Shown piece by piece: positions 18,006 to 27,527 of a stretch of 64,000 bases of DNA. This DNA is from an uncultured Acidobacteriaceae bacterium (lineage in GTDB: Bacteria > Acidobacteriota > Terriglobia > Terriglobales > Acidobacteriaceae). The translations under genes were made by a program, and so were the position numbers. The stretch spans positions 733,736 through 797,735 of the forward strand of contig CAVRGX010000005.1 in the NCBI GenBank assembly GCA_963720815.1, written 5' to 3'. The notes under the pieces are model-generated. The model ran no database searches and had not been told where the DNA came from. It was given only the letters and a program-made list of their open reading frames with translations. Each line of letters begins with the position of its first letter. The stretch's first letter is position 1.

Positions 18006-19604
18006 TTGCCCAAATTCGGAGAATCGACCTTGAACAGATTTGTTTTGCGAGGCCTCTGGGCCGCCGCGCTTGCCATCATTGCACTGCCCGCACAGGCGGG
18101 TAATCCCCTGGTGGTGAAAACGATGGAAGGGAAGGTCGAAGGCTCGCTGAGCGCCGACGGCAAGACGCGGGCTTTTCTCGGCATACCCTATGCGGCTCCT
18201 CCGGTAGGCCCGCTCCGTTGGAAAGCTCCGCAACCCGTCGTGAAATGGCAGGGTGTACGCAAGTCCACGACCTTCGGGCATCGCTGTTTCCAGCACGAAA
18301 TTTTCAACGATATGGTGTTTCGCGATGCCGGCGAGAGCGAGGACTGCCTGACTCTGAATCTCTGGGCGCCCGCAGCTGCGCCCAAAACAAAACTGCCCGT
18401 CATGGTCTGGATCTATGGAGGCGGCTTCAAGGGCGGAGCCACCTCGGAGCCGCGGCAGGATGGGGAACATCTTTCCCGCAAGGGTGTTGTCGTGGTCTCG
18501 ATGAACTACCGGCTCGGCATCTTCGGCTTTTTTGCTACGCGAGAACTGGCAGAGGAAGGTGCTGATCACTCGGCCGGCAACTACGGGATGCTGGACCAGT
18601 TGGCTTGCCTCGAATGGGTCAAGCGGAACGCCGCGGCCTTTGGCGGCGATCCGAACAACGTCACCATTTTTGGAGAATCAGCCGGTTCGTTTGCGGTCAG
18701 TGCCCATATGGCGTCACCTCTGTCCAAAGATCTTTTTGCGCGGGCCATAGGAGAGAGTGGGGGCGCGTTTCCCAGCAAGGAGCCGACATTTCCGCCGCTC
18801 GCTGAAGTGCAGGCCCAAACGGAAAGCTACCTTCGTACAGTTCTCAGCGACACCAGCCTGACTGCGCTGCGCGCCATGAGCAGCGCAGAGATTCTAAAGC
18901 TCGGTCGTGAGGAGAAGCCGGGAAAGCCGAGTTTCGAGCCGGATACGGACGGATACTTTTTGCGCCAGAGTGTAGCGGCGATCTTCAAGGCGGGTCAGCA
19001 GGCCCGCGTTCCGTTGATCGCGGGATGGAATCAGGACGAAGGTACCGGCGGCGTGGTGAGCGATCCGGAATCTGGGACGATGGATGGGCTGCGGGCGACG
19101 GCGGCCAGTGAATTCGGCCCGCGCGCAAAAGACTTCCTCACGGTTTACCACGCGAATGACGACGCGGAGGCATTGCGCGCCGCCGAGGATTTTGCCGGCG
19201 ACCGCTTTTTGGTCCATTCCACATGGGCATGGCTTGAGGCGCAGGCGAAGTCAGGCTCTCCGGCTTACCGTTATTACTTTGCGCAGCCTTCTCCGGGTGA
19301 TCCGTTCCACGCCGTTTCCGAAGGAGCCTTCCACTCCGATGAGATCGAGTATGTCTTCGGCAACCTCGATTCGCGCAAGGGAGCCGCCTGGAAGCCGGAA
19401 GACTACCAACTTTCCGATCAGATACAGACCTTCTGGACAAACTTCGCTCGCACAGGTGATCCCAACGGAGCAGGTGTGCCGCACTGGCCCACGTACAACG
19501 ACGCAGACAAGTGGCAAGTCATGCGGCTGGCTCCTGATGCTGCCGCCGCGCCGGACAAACATCGCGACCGCTACCTCTTTCTGCAAGAGGTGTGGGGACA
19601 CTGA
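18006..19604 (+). CDS. secreted carboxylesterase, type B (alpha/beta hydrolase)
   Basis: Signal peptide, then LGIPYAAPPVGPLRW, the nucleophile elbow FGESAGS, and an overall type-B esterase layout. Confidence 0.85.
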   Translation: MPKFGESTLNRFVLRGLWAAALAIIALPAQAGNPLVVKTMEGKVEGSLSADGKTRAFLGIPYAAPPVGPLRWKAPQPVVKWQGVRKSTTFGHRCFQHEIFNDMVFRDAGESEDCLTLNLWAPAAAPKTKLPVMVWIYGGGFKGGATSEPRQDGEHLSRKGVVVVSMNYRLGIFGFFATRELAEEGADHSAGNYGMLDQLACLEWVKRNAAAFGGDPNNVTIFGESAGSFAVSAHMASPLSKDLFARAIGESGGAFPSKEPTFPPLAEVQAQTESYLRTVLSDTSLTALRAMSSAEILKLGREEKPGKPSFEPDTDGYFLRQSVAAIFKAGQQARVPLIAGWNQDEGTGGVVSDPESGTMDGLRATAASEFGPRAKDFLTVYHANDDAEALRAAEDFAGDRFLVHSTWAWLEAQAKSGSPAYRYYFAQPSPGDPFHAVSEGAFHSDEIEYVFGNLDSRKGAAWKPEDYQLSDQIQTFWTNFARTGDPNGAGVPHWPTYNDADKWQVMRLAPDAAAAPDKHRDRYLFLQEVWGH

Positions 19605-19643
19605 CGGGCGCGCTCGGCTCGGGATGACAATGCTGTATTTTGG

Positions 19644-20021
19644 GTGCAAAGAAATTTCTCGTCGGGGGAGAAGAACGACGTGGATGTGGATATTCGGCAG
19701 AGCGGCCATATCTGTTGCCTGAAGCTTAAGGGCTCGCTCAGGTACGGTGAAGGTGTCAAGCAACTGGACGAAGCCGTCACGGGTGCTCTCAGCAGCGGAC
19801 ATATTCAGTTGTTGCTGGACCTTTGCGCGATGCCCTACGTCGATTCCAGCGGTATCGGTGCGATCGTCGACGCTTTGCGGCGAGCTAAGAAGCTGGGTGG
19901 CGATGCCAAGCTCATCAGCCCGTCCCCGTTTGCGGTAAAGGCCCTCACGATGGTCGGCATCCTTACGCTGTTCAAGGTTTATGACACAGAGGCCGCAGCC
20001 ATGGCGGCCTGCCCCACTTAA
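19644..20021 (+). CDS. STAS-domain protein (anti-sigma-factor antagonist family)
   Basis: ...LLLDLCAMPYVDSSGIGAIVDALRRAKKLGGDAKLISPSP.VKALTMVGILTLFKVY. Start is uncertain (GTG at 19644 or downstream). Confidence 0.75.
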   Translation: MQRNFSSGEKNDVDVDIRQSGHICCLKLKGSLRYGEGVKQLDEAVTGALSSGHIQLLLDLCAMPYVDSSGIGAIVDALRRAKKLGGDAKLISPSPFAVKALTMVGILTLFKVYDTEAAAMAACPT

Positions 20022-20539
20022 CGAGCCGGTCAGAGCCGGTCAGAATGTAGGGTAGTCCGCCATGAATACCATCGTGTATTTTGTTCGGCAATGCTCGCTG
20101 CGGCGAGGTTCCCGTTTTTGGGTGCATTGGAAGCGGAGTTTACGCGAACTCTGGATTCGTCGTTCTGCTTCTGGGCATTTTCTTGGGGTTTAAGGGGGCG
20201 GCCAACGGCCGCCCCCCACATCTCGCCACAAGCGAGATATGGGGCACCCGGCCATGGCGGCCTGCCCCACTTAACGAGCCGGTCAGAGCCGGTCAAAATG
20301 TAGGGTAGTCCGCCATAAATACCATCGTGTATTTTGTTCGGCAATGCTCGCTGCGGCGAGGTTCCCGTTTTTGGGTGCATTGGAAGCGGAGTTTACGCGA
20401 ACTCTGGATTCGCCGTTCTGCTTCTGGCATTTTCTTGGGGTTTAAGAGGGCGGCCAACGGCCGCCCCCCACATCTCGCAAAAAGAAGCGAGATATGGGGC
20501 ACCCGGCGGTAGGGGTACCCGGCACCCGGCCATGGCGGC
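19998..20539 (+). repeat. tandem duplication: 253-bp and 278-bp units plus an 11-bp third start
   Basis: Units start at 19998, 20251 and 20529 (GCCATGGCGGC...). Unit 1 contains the last 8 codons and TAA stop of the STAS gene. Each unit carries the GC hairpin GGGGGCGGCCaacGGCCGCCCCC and a REP hairpin CCCCACATCTCGC..GCGAGATATGGGG. Confidence 0.9.
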
Positions 20540-20552
20540 ACTGCTGTCTGGT

Positions 20553-21797
20553 CTATTTCAGGCGTCTGCGTACGAGATCGAGCGCCTGCTGGCTGGCCCA
20601 GGAGCGGATGTGCTCCCGATCGCCGCCGAACCGCCGTTCTACGGCGTCCGTCTGCTTTCCATCGGCGACCGCCACATACACCAAACCCACCGGTTTCTCT
20701 TCAGAGCCACCCCCGGGACCGGCAATGCCTGTGATCCCGAGGCCGAACGTGGCCGACGCTTTACTGCGAATCCCCTCGGCTAACGCCACTGCGACCTCTT
20801 TGCTGACCGCCCCGTTTGCCTCGATGAGCGAGGCAGGTACACCCGCAAACAAGCTCTTGAGCGAATTGGAATAAACCACCGCCCCGCCCAGAAACGACCG
20901 CGAACTGCCGCTGATACTGGTCAGCCGTTGAGAAACCAAACCGCCGGTGCAGCTCTCAGCCACCGCCAGCGTTGACGCACGCATGCCCAGGTAATACATC
21001 ACAATCTGTTCCAGCGACTCACCCTGCGAGGAGTAGATAAAGTCTTCCAATTCCTCTTCAATCTTTCCGGCGAGTTCATCCACCCGAGCCTGCGCGGACG
21101 CTTGATCGCCCTTGGCACAGCTCAGGTTGAGAGTGATGTCACCCGTATGCGCAAGGATGGTGGTATCCACGTCTTTGTATTTGGTATAGATCGGGGCGAT
21201 TCTTGAATCGGCCTGGGACTCTCCGATCATGGCCAGTTTGAGCGTGCGGGTGGCAATGGTGCGTTTGGGAACCACGGCCCGCAGCCGCTCCATGCACTCC
21301 GCGTCCCACATGGCCTTCAACTCCGACGGCGGCCCGGGTAGCAGGATCACCAGCTTGCGATGGTTTCCGTAGACGGTGTCGAGCCACTGGCCAGGAGCGG
21401 TGCCGCGTGGATTCTCGAGAATGAGGGAGCCGTCGAGAACATCCGCCTGGCGGGCGTTATTCTCCGTCATCTGCGCGCGGCGAGCGGCAAAGCGCGCATA
21501 GAGCGCACCTACGATCTCAGCATTCCGTCGCAGGCGAATGCCCAGGGCTTCGGCGACCGCCTGGCGCGTAAGGTCGTCTTCAGTAGGCCCCAGTCCACCC
21601 ATCGTAATGACGATGTCGGTCCGTTCGAGCGCGATACGAATGGCCGCGGCGAGATGCGCGAAACGATCGCCGACAATCGTCTTGAAGACGACGTTTACGC
21701 CGAGCTTCAGCAGCCGTTCGGAGAGAAAAAGGGAATTTGTGTCCTGCCGATAGGGCGTGAGCAGTTCTGAACCGACCGCGATAATTTCACAATTCAT
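20553..21797 (-). CDS. cinA: CinA-family competence/damage-inducible protein (MoCF-binding plus nicotinamide-nucleotide amidase domains)
   Basis: MNCEIIAVGSELLTP...TMGGLGPTEDDLT, with a C-terminal CinA domain (..AESCTGGL..). Confidence 0.85.
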   Translation of the reverse strand: MNCEIIAVGSELLTPYRQDTNSLFLSERLLKLGVNVVFKTIVGDRFAHLAAAIRIALERTDIVITMGGLGPTEDDLTRQAVAEALGIRLRRNAEIVGALYARFAARRAQMTENNARQADVLDGSLILENPRGTAPGQWLDTVYGNHRKLVILLPGPPSELKAMWDAECMERLRAVVPKRTIATRTLKLAMIGESQADSRIAPIYTKYKDVDTTILAHTGDITLNLSCAKGDQASAQARVDELAGKIEEELEDFIYSSQGESLEQIVMYYLGMRASTLAVAESCTGGLVSQRLTSISGSSRSFLGGAVVYSNSLKSLFAGVPASLIEANGAVSKEVAVALAEGIRSKASATFGLGITGIAGPGGGSEEKPVGLVYVAVADGKQTDAVERRFGGDREHIRSWASQQALDLVRRRLK

Positions 21798-21872
21798 CCG
21801 GACTTCAATCCTTGGCTTCACTGAAGAGTTTTACGGAAGGCTCAGGGCGAAAGTGCTCCAGCAGTTTCGCAT

Positions 21873-22150
21873 CCTCGCCGCAGCGAGCTTCCTCGCCGCT
21901 CTTGCCACACCACGGTAATTGCGAAAAATGAATATTAAGCTTGTTCAGGCAGCGGGTATTGCATCGGCGAAAGACTAGCCGCAAACGAAGAATGTTCCCT
22001 CAGCGGCTAAAGCCGGATTCATTGCAAGGGAGTTACGTACGGGCTGAAGCCCGTACCCTTCAAAGAATTGAGTTTTTCCGCAGCCTGTAAAGCCCACATC
22101 GGTTTTCCAGCATTTATGGCATGACTAAAGTTGTGCCCTGACACAAAACC
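21873..22150. repeat. mosaic of small palindromic repeat modules
   Basis: CCTCGCCGCAGCGAGC hairpin module. The segment ..CCACGGTAATTGCGAAAAATG.. is shared with 55591-55714. CCCTCAGCGGCTAAAGCCGGATTCATTGCAAGGGAGTTACGTACGGGCtgaaGCCCGTACCCTTCAAAGA is shared with 45201-45290. Confidence 0.75.
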
Positions 22151-22204
22151 TTCACTCCTACAATCATGCCTGAGCAAGGTTGATATTCATCTTGCGAAAA
22201 CGCT

Positions 22205-23245
22205 TTAAAACAGGCGCACGCCTTCTATCCCCAACGGTACATCATAGACCGCACCATTCGCGGCCAGGATTGCATTGCCGCCAGGCACGAATGCCAGTCC
22301 GACGATGCCTGATCCGGCAACGACCAGCGACGCTTCTCCCGATGGCGTGATGCAGACGATTCCGCGGCTTCCGCGGAACGATGCGGAAACATACACGTTG
22401 CCCGCGAGGTCAAAGGCCATCCCTTGCGGGCGGCCAAGTCCACGGTAAAACACGCGTACTACGCCGGCCTGATCGATGGCGTAAATCGAGTCGAAGCTCG
22501 AAGTGCTGGGCGCAGTCACAAACAACGTTCCATCCAGGCCAAAGGCGAGATGATAAGCCGCGATGCTCGGTTCCAGGGTCGCAAAAACAAAGATCTGCCG
22601 GTCACTTGCAATCTTGAAGATGGTGCCGCTACGGTCGCCGACGTACAAGTTTCCCGCACCGTCAAAAGCGATGCCAGTGGCAATACCCATACCTTCGGCA
22701 TAAAGCGAAGAGGCGCCTTCAGGCGAGACGCGGTGAACGGTGCCGTCCAGCCGCGATGACACGTAAAGATAGCCTTCAGCATCGACGGCCAGGCCAGTGG
22801 CATTGGTGATGCCGCTCACCAGCGGCGACATCTCGCCGGCGGGCGTGATGCGATAGACCGAGACCGCCGTCTTCTGTCCCCGTGGACCGGAATCTGTGGA
22901 ATAGATGTTGCCATCGGCATCCACCGCGGGATTGGTGACGGGGTGGAGATTAGCCGTGATCAACCGCCCAATCTTTAGCCGGATGCTATTGCTGGACTGC
23001 CCATTCTGCCGGATCTCCAGTTTCCCCGTTTGCACGTCGTCGGGGATACGAACGATCATCCGGTTCGCCCGGCTGAGCAGAACCGGAGCAATGATTCCAT
23101 CGAGCAGGGCCACGGGCACGCGAGAATGCACCGCGCCCAATTGCGTTCCATGAACTTCTACGTCACCGCCAGGAAGCGCCGCGTCCGGCATGGCAGAGTC
23201 AATCCTCGGCGAGTTCGAAATGGGTGACTCCTTGGAAAATCGCAT
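22205..23245 (-). CDS. IPT/TIG-like plus NHL/SMP-30-type beta-propeller repeat protein
   Basis: Repeated motifs of the type GLAVDAEGYLYVS, GIAFDGAGNLYVGD and GMAFDLAGNVYVS. Confidence 0.6.
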   Translation of the reverse strand: MRFSKESPISNSPRIDSAMPDAALPGGDVEVHGTQLGAVHSRVPVALLDGIIAPVLLSRANRMIVRIPDDVQTGKLEIRQNGQSSNSIRLKIGRLITANLHPVTNPAVDADGNIYSTDSGPRGQKTAVSVYRITPAGEMSPLVSGITNATGLAVDAEGYLYVSSRLDGTVHRVSPEGASSLYAEGMGIATGIAFDGAGNLYVGDRSGTIFKIASDRQIFVFATLEPSIAAYHLAFGLDGTLFVTAPSTSSFDSIYAIDQAGVVRVFYRGLGRPQGMAFDLAGNVYVSASFRGSRGIVCITPSGEASLVVAGSGIVGLAFVPGGNAILAANGAVYDVPLGIEGVRLF

Positions 23246-23313
23246 CGCTTAAATTCCTGAACGAACCGTAAATAAGCATTCTTGTTTGGAGGGTGTCGTT
23301 GAGCCGATAATCT

Positions 23314-23808
23314 TTATCCAATCCAGCGTTGCAGCACCTGCATCAACAGCAAAGCATACACGCCCGCCGCCACATCATCGAACATGATCCCCCATCCCGC
23401 AGGCAAGCTTTCCAACTGTCTAGCCGGCCATGGTTTGACGATGTCAAATAGACGGAACAATAGAAATGCGGCCAGCAGGTGACTCAAGTTTACCTGCGAA
23501 TGAATCAGAGCAATCCACTGACCCACTACCTCATCAATTACGACGTGGCCCGGATCTTCGCGTCCACTCTCCTGCTCCACCCGCGTGGCGGCAGGGACAC
23601 CGACGGCCAGTGCGCTCAAGGCGGCCGCAAGCGTCAGCCAGGCAAGGGGCGTAGACGCGACGTGAAAGTGGATTGCCGTTCCATACCAAAGCAATGCGGC
23701 TGCCGCGGATCCCCAGCTACCCGGTCCAGGGCGAAGCAGCCCTGATCCAAAGAAGGTTCCCGCAATCCAGGCCCACTTTGTTTTTCTGACTGCGCGGGAA
23801 TCACTCAT
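23314..23808 (-). CDS. pgpA: phosphatidylglycerophosphatase A
   Basis: FFGSGLLRPGPGSWGS...IDEVVGQWIAL...FRLFDIVKPWP...GIMFDDVAAG. Internal Met chosen within ORF 23314..23967. Confidence 0.8.
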   Translation of the reverse strand: MSDSRAVRKTKWAWIAGTFFGSGLLRPGPGSWGSAAAALLWYGTAIHFHVASTPLAWLTLAAALSALAVGVPAATRVEQESGREDPGHVVIDEVVGQWIALIHSQVNLSHLLAAFLLFRLFDIVKPWPARQLESLPAGWGIMFDDVAAGVYALLLMQVLQRWIG

Positions 23809-24022
23809 CGCCGGCGGAACGGGGCCGCATACTCTCAATCTCTTCCAGAAGCTCCGGATCGAGCACAGGCGAAGAGATGCGATAGGCGCCGCTGGCCCAC
23901 TTGCCAAGGTCGATGGTCTTGCAATGCTCGGTGCAGAAAGGGAAGGTCGAATCCTTTGCGGTAACAATCTGGCCGCACGTTGGGCAGCGCAGGCTTTTCA
24001 GCTTATTTCGAGGTTCGCTCAT
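23801..24022 (-). CDS. yacG: DNA gyrase inhibitor YacG (zinc-binding)
   Basis: CPTCGQ...FPFCTEHCKTIDLGKWASGAYRI, the typical YacG zinc-finger pattern. Overlaps the pgpA start by 8 nt. Confidence 0.8.
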   Translation of the reverse strand: MSEPRNKLKSLRCPTCGQIVTAKDSTFPFCTEHCKTIDLGKWASGAYRISSPVLDPELLEEIESMRPRSAGDE

Positions 24023-24070
24023 ACAAAATCCTTGTTTCTTGACCGCAATCCTTGGTTGCTAACCGAATCG

Positions 24071-25606
24071 CTATCCAACAATTCTGCCGACGAGGTCGTA
24101 GTCCTGTGACTCAGTGATCTCGCACTTATAAAACTGACCCGGCTGCAATTGCTCGAAGGGTCCAAAATCATTGACATAGACCTTGCCATCGATCTCCGGA
24201 GCCTGATGCTGAGTGCGACCCTCCCACAAGAGGGGAGTCTCTTCCGATGGGCCTTCGAGCAGCAGGTCAAACGTTCTGCCGATCTGGGCCTTTCTCGATC
24301 GGCGGCTGATCGATTGCTGCAGTTGCATCAGTGAACGGCGACGCGCCTCAATGGTTCGCGAGGGAACTTTATCTCCAAGCGTAAAAGCGCCAGAGCCCTC
24401 TTCATCGGAATAGCTGAACACTCCCAGCCAATCGAGTTGGGCCGCCCGGATGAAGTCGCCCAGGACCGCATGGTCCTCATTCGTTTCCCCGGGGAAACCA
24501 CTAATGAAGGTGGTACGGATGGCCACGCCGGGCACCGTAGCGCGTGCACGCTCAATGGTCTTGAGGAAGATATCGGCATTGCCCCCGCGCCGCATGCGCT
24601 TGAGAACCGGCCCAGCGGCGTGCTGCAGAGGCATATCCAGATACTTGCAGATGTTTTCGTGCTCGGCGATCGTCGCCAGAAGTCGCCCAGTCACCTTGTT
24701 GGGGTAGGCATACAAAAAGCGCAACCATGTAAGACCGGGAACTTGAGCTAGGCTCTCGAGCAACTGGGCCAGCCCATCTTTCATGCCCAGGTCTTCGCCG
24801 TAGCAGGTTGTGTCCTGCCCGATGAGTGTGATTTCGCGGACGCCTTGGGCTACGAGTTGTTCAGCCTCGGCGACTACCGAGGCAAAGCGCCGTGAGCGAA
24901 ATTTGCCTCGCAGGTTGGGAATGACGCAAAAGCTGCAAGGGTGATCGCAGCCCTCGGCGATCTTGATGTAAGCAGAAGACTTACCGGTCGCCAGAAGGCG
25001 AGGGGTGGTATGGTCGTAAAGATATTGCGGGAGCTTCGCCTGGGCCCCTTCCCATTGTTCGCGCGCAAATCTGCCCTGGGACTCTCGCAAGTCGCCCTCC
25101 GCTCGCGAAGCCGGTTGGGAAGCCGCGCCAGCGGGCAGAATGGAAAAAAGTTGCGGCTCTGGTTGCTGAAGGGCGGGCGATTCGAGTCCGGCTGCAGCCA
25201 GGATTGCTTCCAATTCACCCGTGCCCACCACAGCGTCGACTTCGGGCATGTTTTTTTGTATTTCGTCGCGATAGCGCTCGACCAGACAACCAGCGACAAT
25301 CAGCTTACGGGCATTTCCAGAAGCCTTGTGCTGGGCCATCTGCAGGATGGTATCGATGGACTCCTGCTTGGCTTTGTCGATAAACGAGCAGGTGTTAACT
25401 ACCAATATCTCAGCGAGTTCTGGGCGATTGGTGATTTCGGCCCCGGCGCGGTCGAGGAGCCCCATCATGACTTCGCTATCGACTAGATTCTTAGGGCATC
25501 CGAGGCTCACAAAACCAATACGCGGCCTTTGCGGTTTGCCGGCCGTTGCCGCACCGGCTACGACGTCCAAGCCAGACTGTAAAGGTTCCTTGAGATCGAC
25601 GGTCAC
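24071..25606 (-). CDS. rimO: ribosomal protein S12 methylthiotransferase RimO (radical SAM, MTTase family)
   Basis: GFVSLGCPKNLVDSE N-terminal domain, radical-SAM CDHPCSFC, and a C-terminal TRAM domain. Contains a ~60-aa insertion relative to typical RimO. Confidence 0.85.
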   Translation of the reverse strand: MTVDLKEPLQSGLDVVAGAATAGKPQRPRIGFVSLGCPKNLVDSEVMMGLLDRAGAEITNRPELAEILVVNTCSFIDKAKQESIDTILQMAQHKASGNARKLIVAGCLVERYRDEIQKNMPEVDAVVGTGELEAILAAAGLESPALQQPEPQLFSILPAGAASQPASRAEGDLRESQGRFAREQWEGAQAKLPQYLYDHTTPRLLATGKSSAYIKIAEGCDHPCSFCVIPNLRGKFRSRRFASVVAEAEQLVAQGVREITLIGQDTTCYGEDLGMKDGLAQLLESLAQVPGLTWLRFLYAYPNKVTGRLLATIAEHENICKYLDMPLQHAAGPVLKRMRRGGNADIFLKTIERARATVPGVAIRTTFISGFPGETNEDHAVLGDFIRAAQLDWLGVFSYSDEEGSGAFTLGDKVPSRTIEARRRSLMQLQQSISRRSRKAQIGRTFDLLLEGPSEETPLLWEGRTQHQAPEIDGKVYVNDFGPFEQLQPGQFYKCEITESQDYDLVGRIVG

Positions 25607-25934
25607 CTTTCTATTTTAGAGCACTCCAGCCGTTAAGGTATTTTCTCGAATGACTCTGGTCCGATAGGAGCGTCAAAGAACACCTGCACATAACCACTCC
25701 CACCCCATCACAGTATTTGTGAAAATGCTCTAAGAGCAGCGAGGTGTGGTTTTCGGCAGGCTATCCGCCAACCTCGCATGGCAGCGCTCACGGGGTGTAA
25801 CTATTTTGCACAGAATCCACACAACCCTTGACGCAACCTGAGATAGGTTTCGCCCGTCTAACCCACAGTTGAAAAATGAAAATGGAGGAGAACGCGCTCA
25901 GGCAGGTTCCAATCACTGCGGGTGCTAAATAGGT

Positions 25935-26156
25935 ATGCATTCTGCTGATCTGCGGCAATCTGTTCATTGTGCTGTGATTACCAAGCCGACCGCGAGTGAA
26001 AGGCATGGCAGGGAGTTGCTGCGGTATTTTGTGCTCGCTATCGCACTGGTAGCGGTCTGCCTTCTGATAGTCATCGCTCTTTATTACACCCAGGGTCGAA
26101 CGATCACCATCGTGCATGTGAGTTCGCTCGCCCCGACGTTCACTCTGCGCGCATAA
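25935..26156 (+). CDS. possible small single-pass membrane protein (weak call)
   Basis: 73-aa ORF with one clear hydrophobic helix (LLRYFVLAIALVAVCLLIVIALYY) in a lower-GC intergenic region. No convincing RBS and no recognised family. Confidence 0.25.
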   Translation: MHSADLRQSVHCAVITKPTASERHGRELLRYFVLAIALVAVCLLIVIALYYTQGRTITIVHVSSLAPTFTLRA

Positions 26157-26203
26157 GGGCTGCGGAAAGGCATCTGTACGCGAGAAATCGCTCCCTGCGC
26201 GCC

Positions 26204-26515
26204 TTATTGCGGAGTGATGATCCCGCCGGCCATATGCCTTGCAGGCAATTTCTTTCCTCTGCCATCTACTTCCGGCACGATCGCCGGCTCACTGCGGATA
26301 GATGCGGGTTTTGCCTTATCGACGCCGAAGGCCAACGGTTCGCCGTTTGCGCAAGTAGCCAGTACCTGTGCCAGCATCTCCTCAGGAGTGGTTTCGGCCC
26401 TGGCGGCCATGCCTGCAATTTGCGCTTCTAATTCCGGCGGCAGATTCACGATCATGCCACTCAAGATATGAGAAAAGTGTGCCTCAGGACAACCTTGAGA
26501 TTCACTGTTCTGCAT
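26204..26515 (-). CDS. hypothetical protein; the N-terminus resembles short ribbon-helix-helix-type proteins if started at MIVNLPPELEAQI
   Basis: 103-aa ORF. An internal start at 26455 gives MIVNLPPELEAQIAGMAARAETTPEEMLAQVL... No partner toxin gene is present. Confidence 0.35.
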   Translation of the reverse strand: MQNSESQGCPEAHFSHILSGMIVNLPPELEAQIAGMAARAETTPEEMLAQVLATCANGEPLAFGVDKAKPASIRSEPAIVPEVDGRGKKLPARHMAGGIITPQ

Positions 26516-26594
26516 GTAAGTCTATGATATGGAATGGTTTGTTATTTTGACTGCACCACCGGCAGAGCAGCGAGGCAACGAGTAAAATGGGGAA

Positions 26595-27527
26595 GTGAGT
26601 ATCAAGTTAATCGCAATCGATATCGATGGCACGCTGATGCCTTCGAGTGGGTCCAAAATCAGCCAGCGCAACTGTGCGGCGCTGCGGGCGGCTGAGGCCG
26701 CTGGGATAGAGATCGTCATCTCTACTGGCCGCCGGCAGGCCTATGCGATGCCTCTTATATCCCAGATCGGGCTAAGCGAAGCTTCGGTCATGATCTCCTC
26801 CAACGGCGCAGTCGTACGAGGCTTTGACGGCACCCTGTTGGATCGCCGCTTTCTGTCTATTGAGTCCGCGCGGCAGCTCTGTAGCGCGCTGCGCGGCTAC
26901 GGGACCATGGTTTTCACCTTCGACCGCGAAGGAGCCGGCTCCCTGGTGATGGAAAACATGCAGCAATTGAGGGGTCGCATTGAGCGCTGGGTAGAGGCGA
27001 ATCGGCCCTACCTGACGGAGATTGAGCCCATCGAGCGAGCTTTCGATGGCGGGGAAGAACCTATCCAAGGTATGGTCTGCGGCACCGTTTCGGAAATGAG
27101 AGACGCCGAGGCGCGGTTGCGCCTGACCGAAGTGGGCTCGCAGATTGCCATGCATCGCACGGAGTATGCCGTGCGCAATCTGAGCATTCTGGATCTGTTG
27201 CCGCCTGGCTGCTCCAAAGGCGCTGCGCTCGACAGCCTGGCCCGTATCCGCGGCATTGACCCGAACCAGATCATGGCTATTGGCGACAATCTCAACGACC
27301 TGGAAATGCTGGAGTACGCGGGTCACGCAGTGATGATGGCCAATGCAAGTGAGGAGATGCTGGCTCTTGGCCGCCATCATGGCTGGCAAACGACAGCGTC
27401 GAACGATGACGATGGAGTAGCCCTGGCCGTGGAGGAAGTAGTACGGCAGGCTGGCGCGGCGCAAGATTCCCAAAGTAACGGTGTTGACGAAGTTCTCCGC
27501 ACGCTCATGGTAGAGTTTGCCCAATGA
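26595..27527 (+). CDS. Cof-type HAD-IIB family hydrolase
   Basis: KLIAIDIDGTL (motif I), ..STGR.., and ..GDNLNDLEML...MANA (motifs III/IV). Confidence 0.85.
   Translation: MSIKLIAIDIDGTLMPSSGSKISQRNCAALRAAEAAGIEIVISTGRRQAYAMPLISQIGLSEASVMISSNGAVVRGFDGTLLDRRFLSIESARQLCSALRGYGTMVFTFDREGAGSLVMENMQQLRGRIERWVEANRPYLTEIEPIERAFDGGEEPIQGMVCGTVSEMRDAEARLRLTEVGSQIAMHRTEYAVRNLSILDLLPPGCSKGAALDSLARIRGIDPNQIMAIGDNLNDLEMLEYAGHAVMMANASEEMLALGRHHGWQTTASNDDDGVALAVEEVVRQAGAAQDSQSNGVDEVLRTLMVEFAQ

Noticed and set aside
17958-18569. 203-aa minus-strand ORF upstream of plsY.
   Set aside because: It lies antisense to the well-supported carboxylesterase gene (18006..19604) and has no recognisable domain.
20030-20783. 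Several 60-150 aa ORFs on both strands (for example 20081..20308 and 20334..20783).
   Set aside because: They are generated by the 253-bp tandem duplication and its hairpins. Near-identical peptides arise from the repeat copies, and 20334..20783 runs antisense into cinA.
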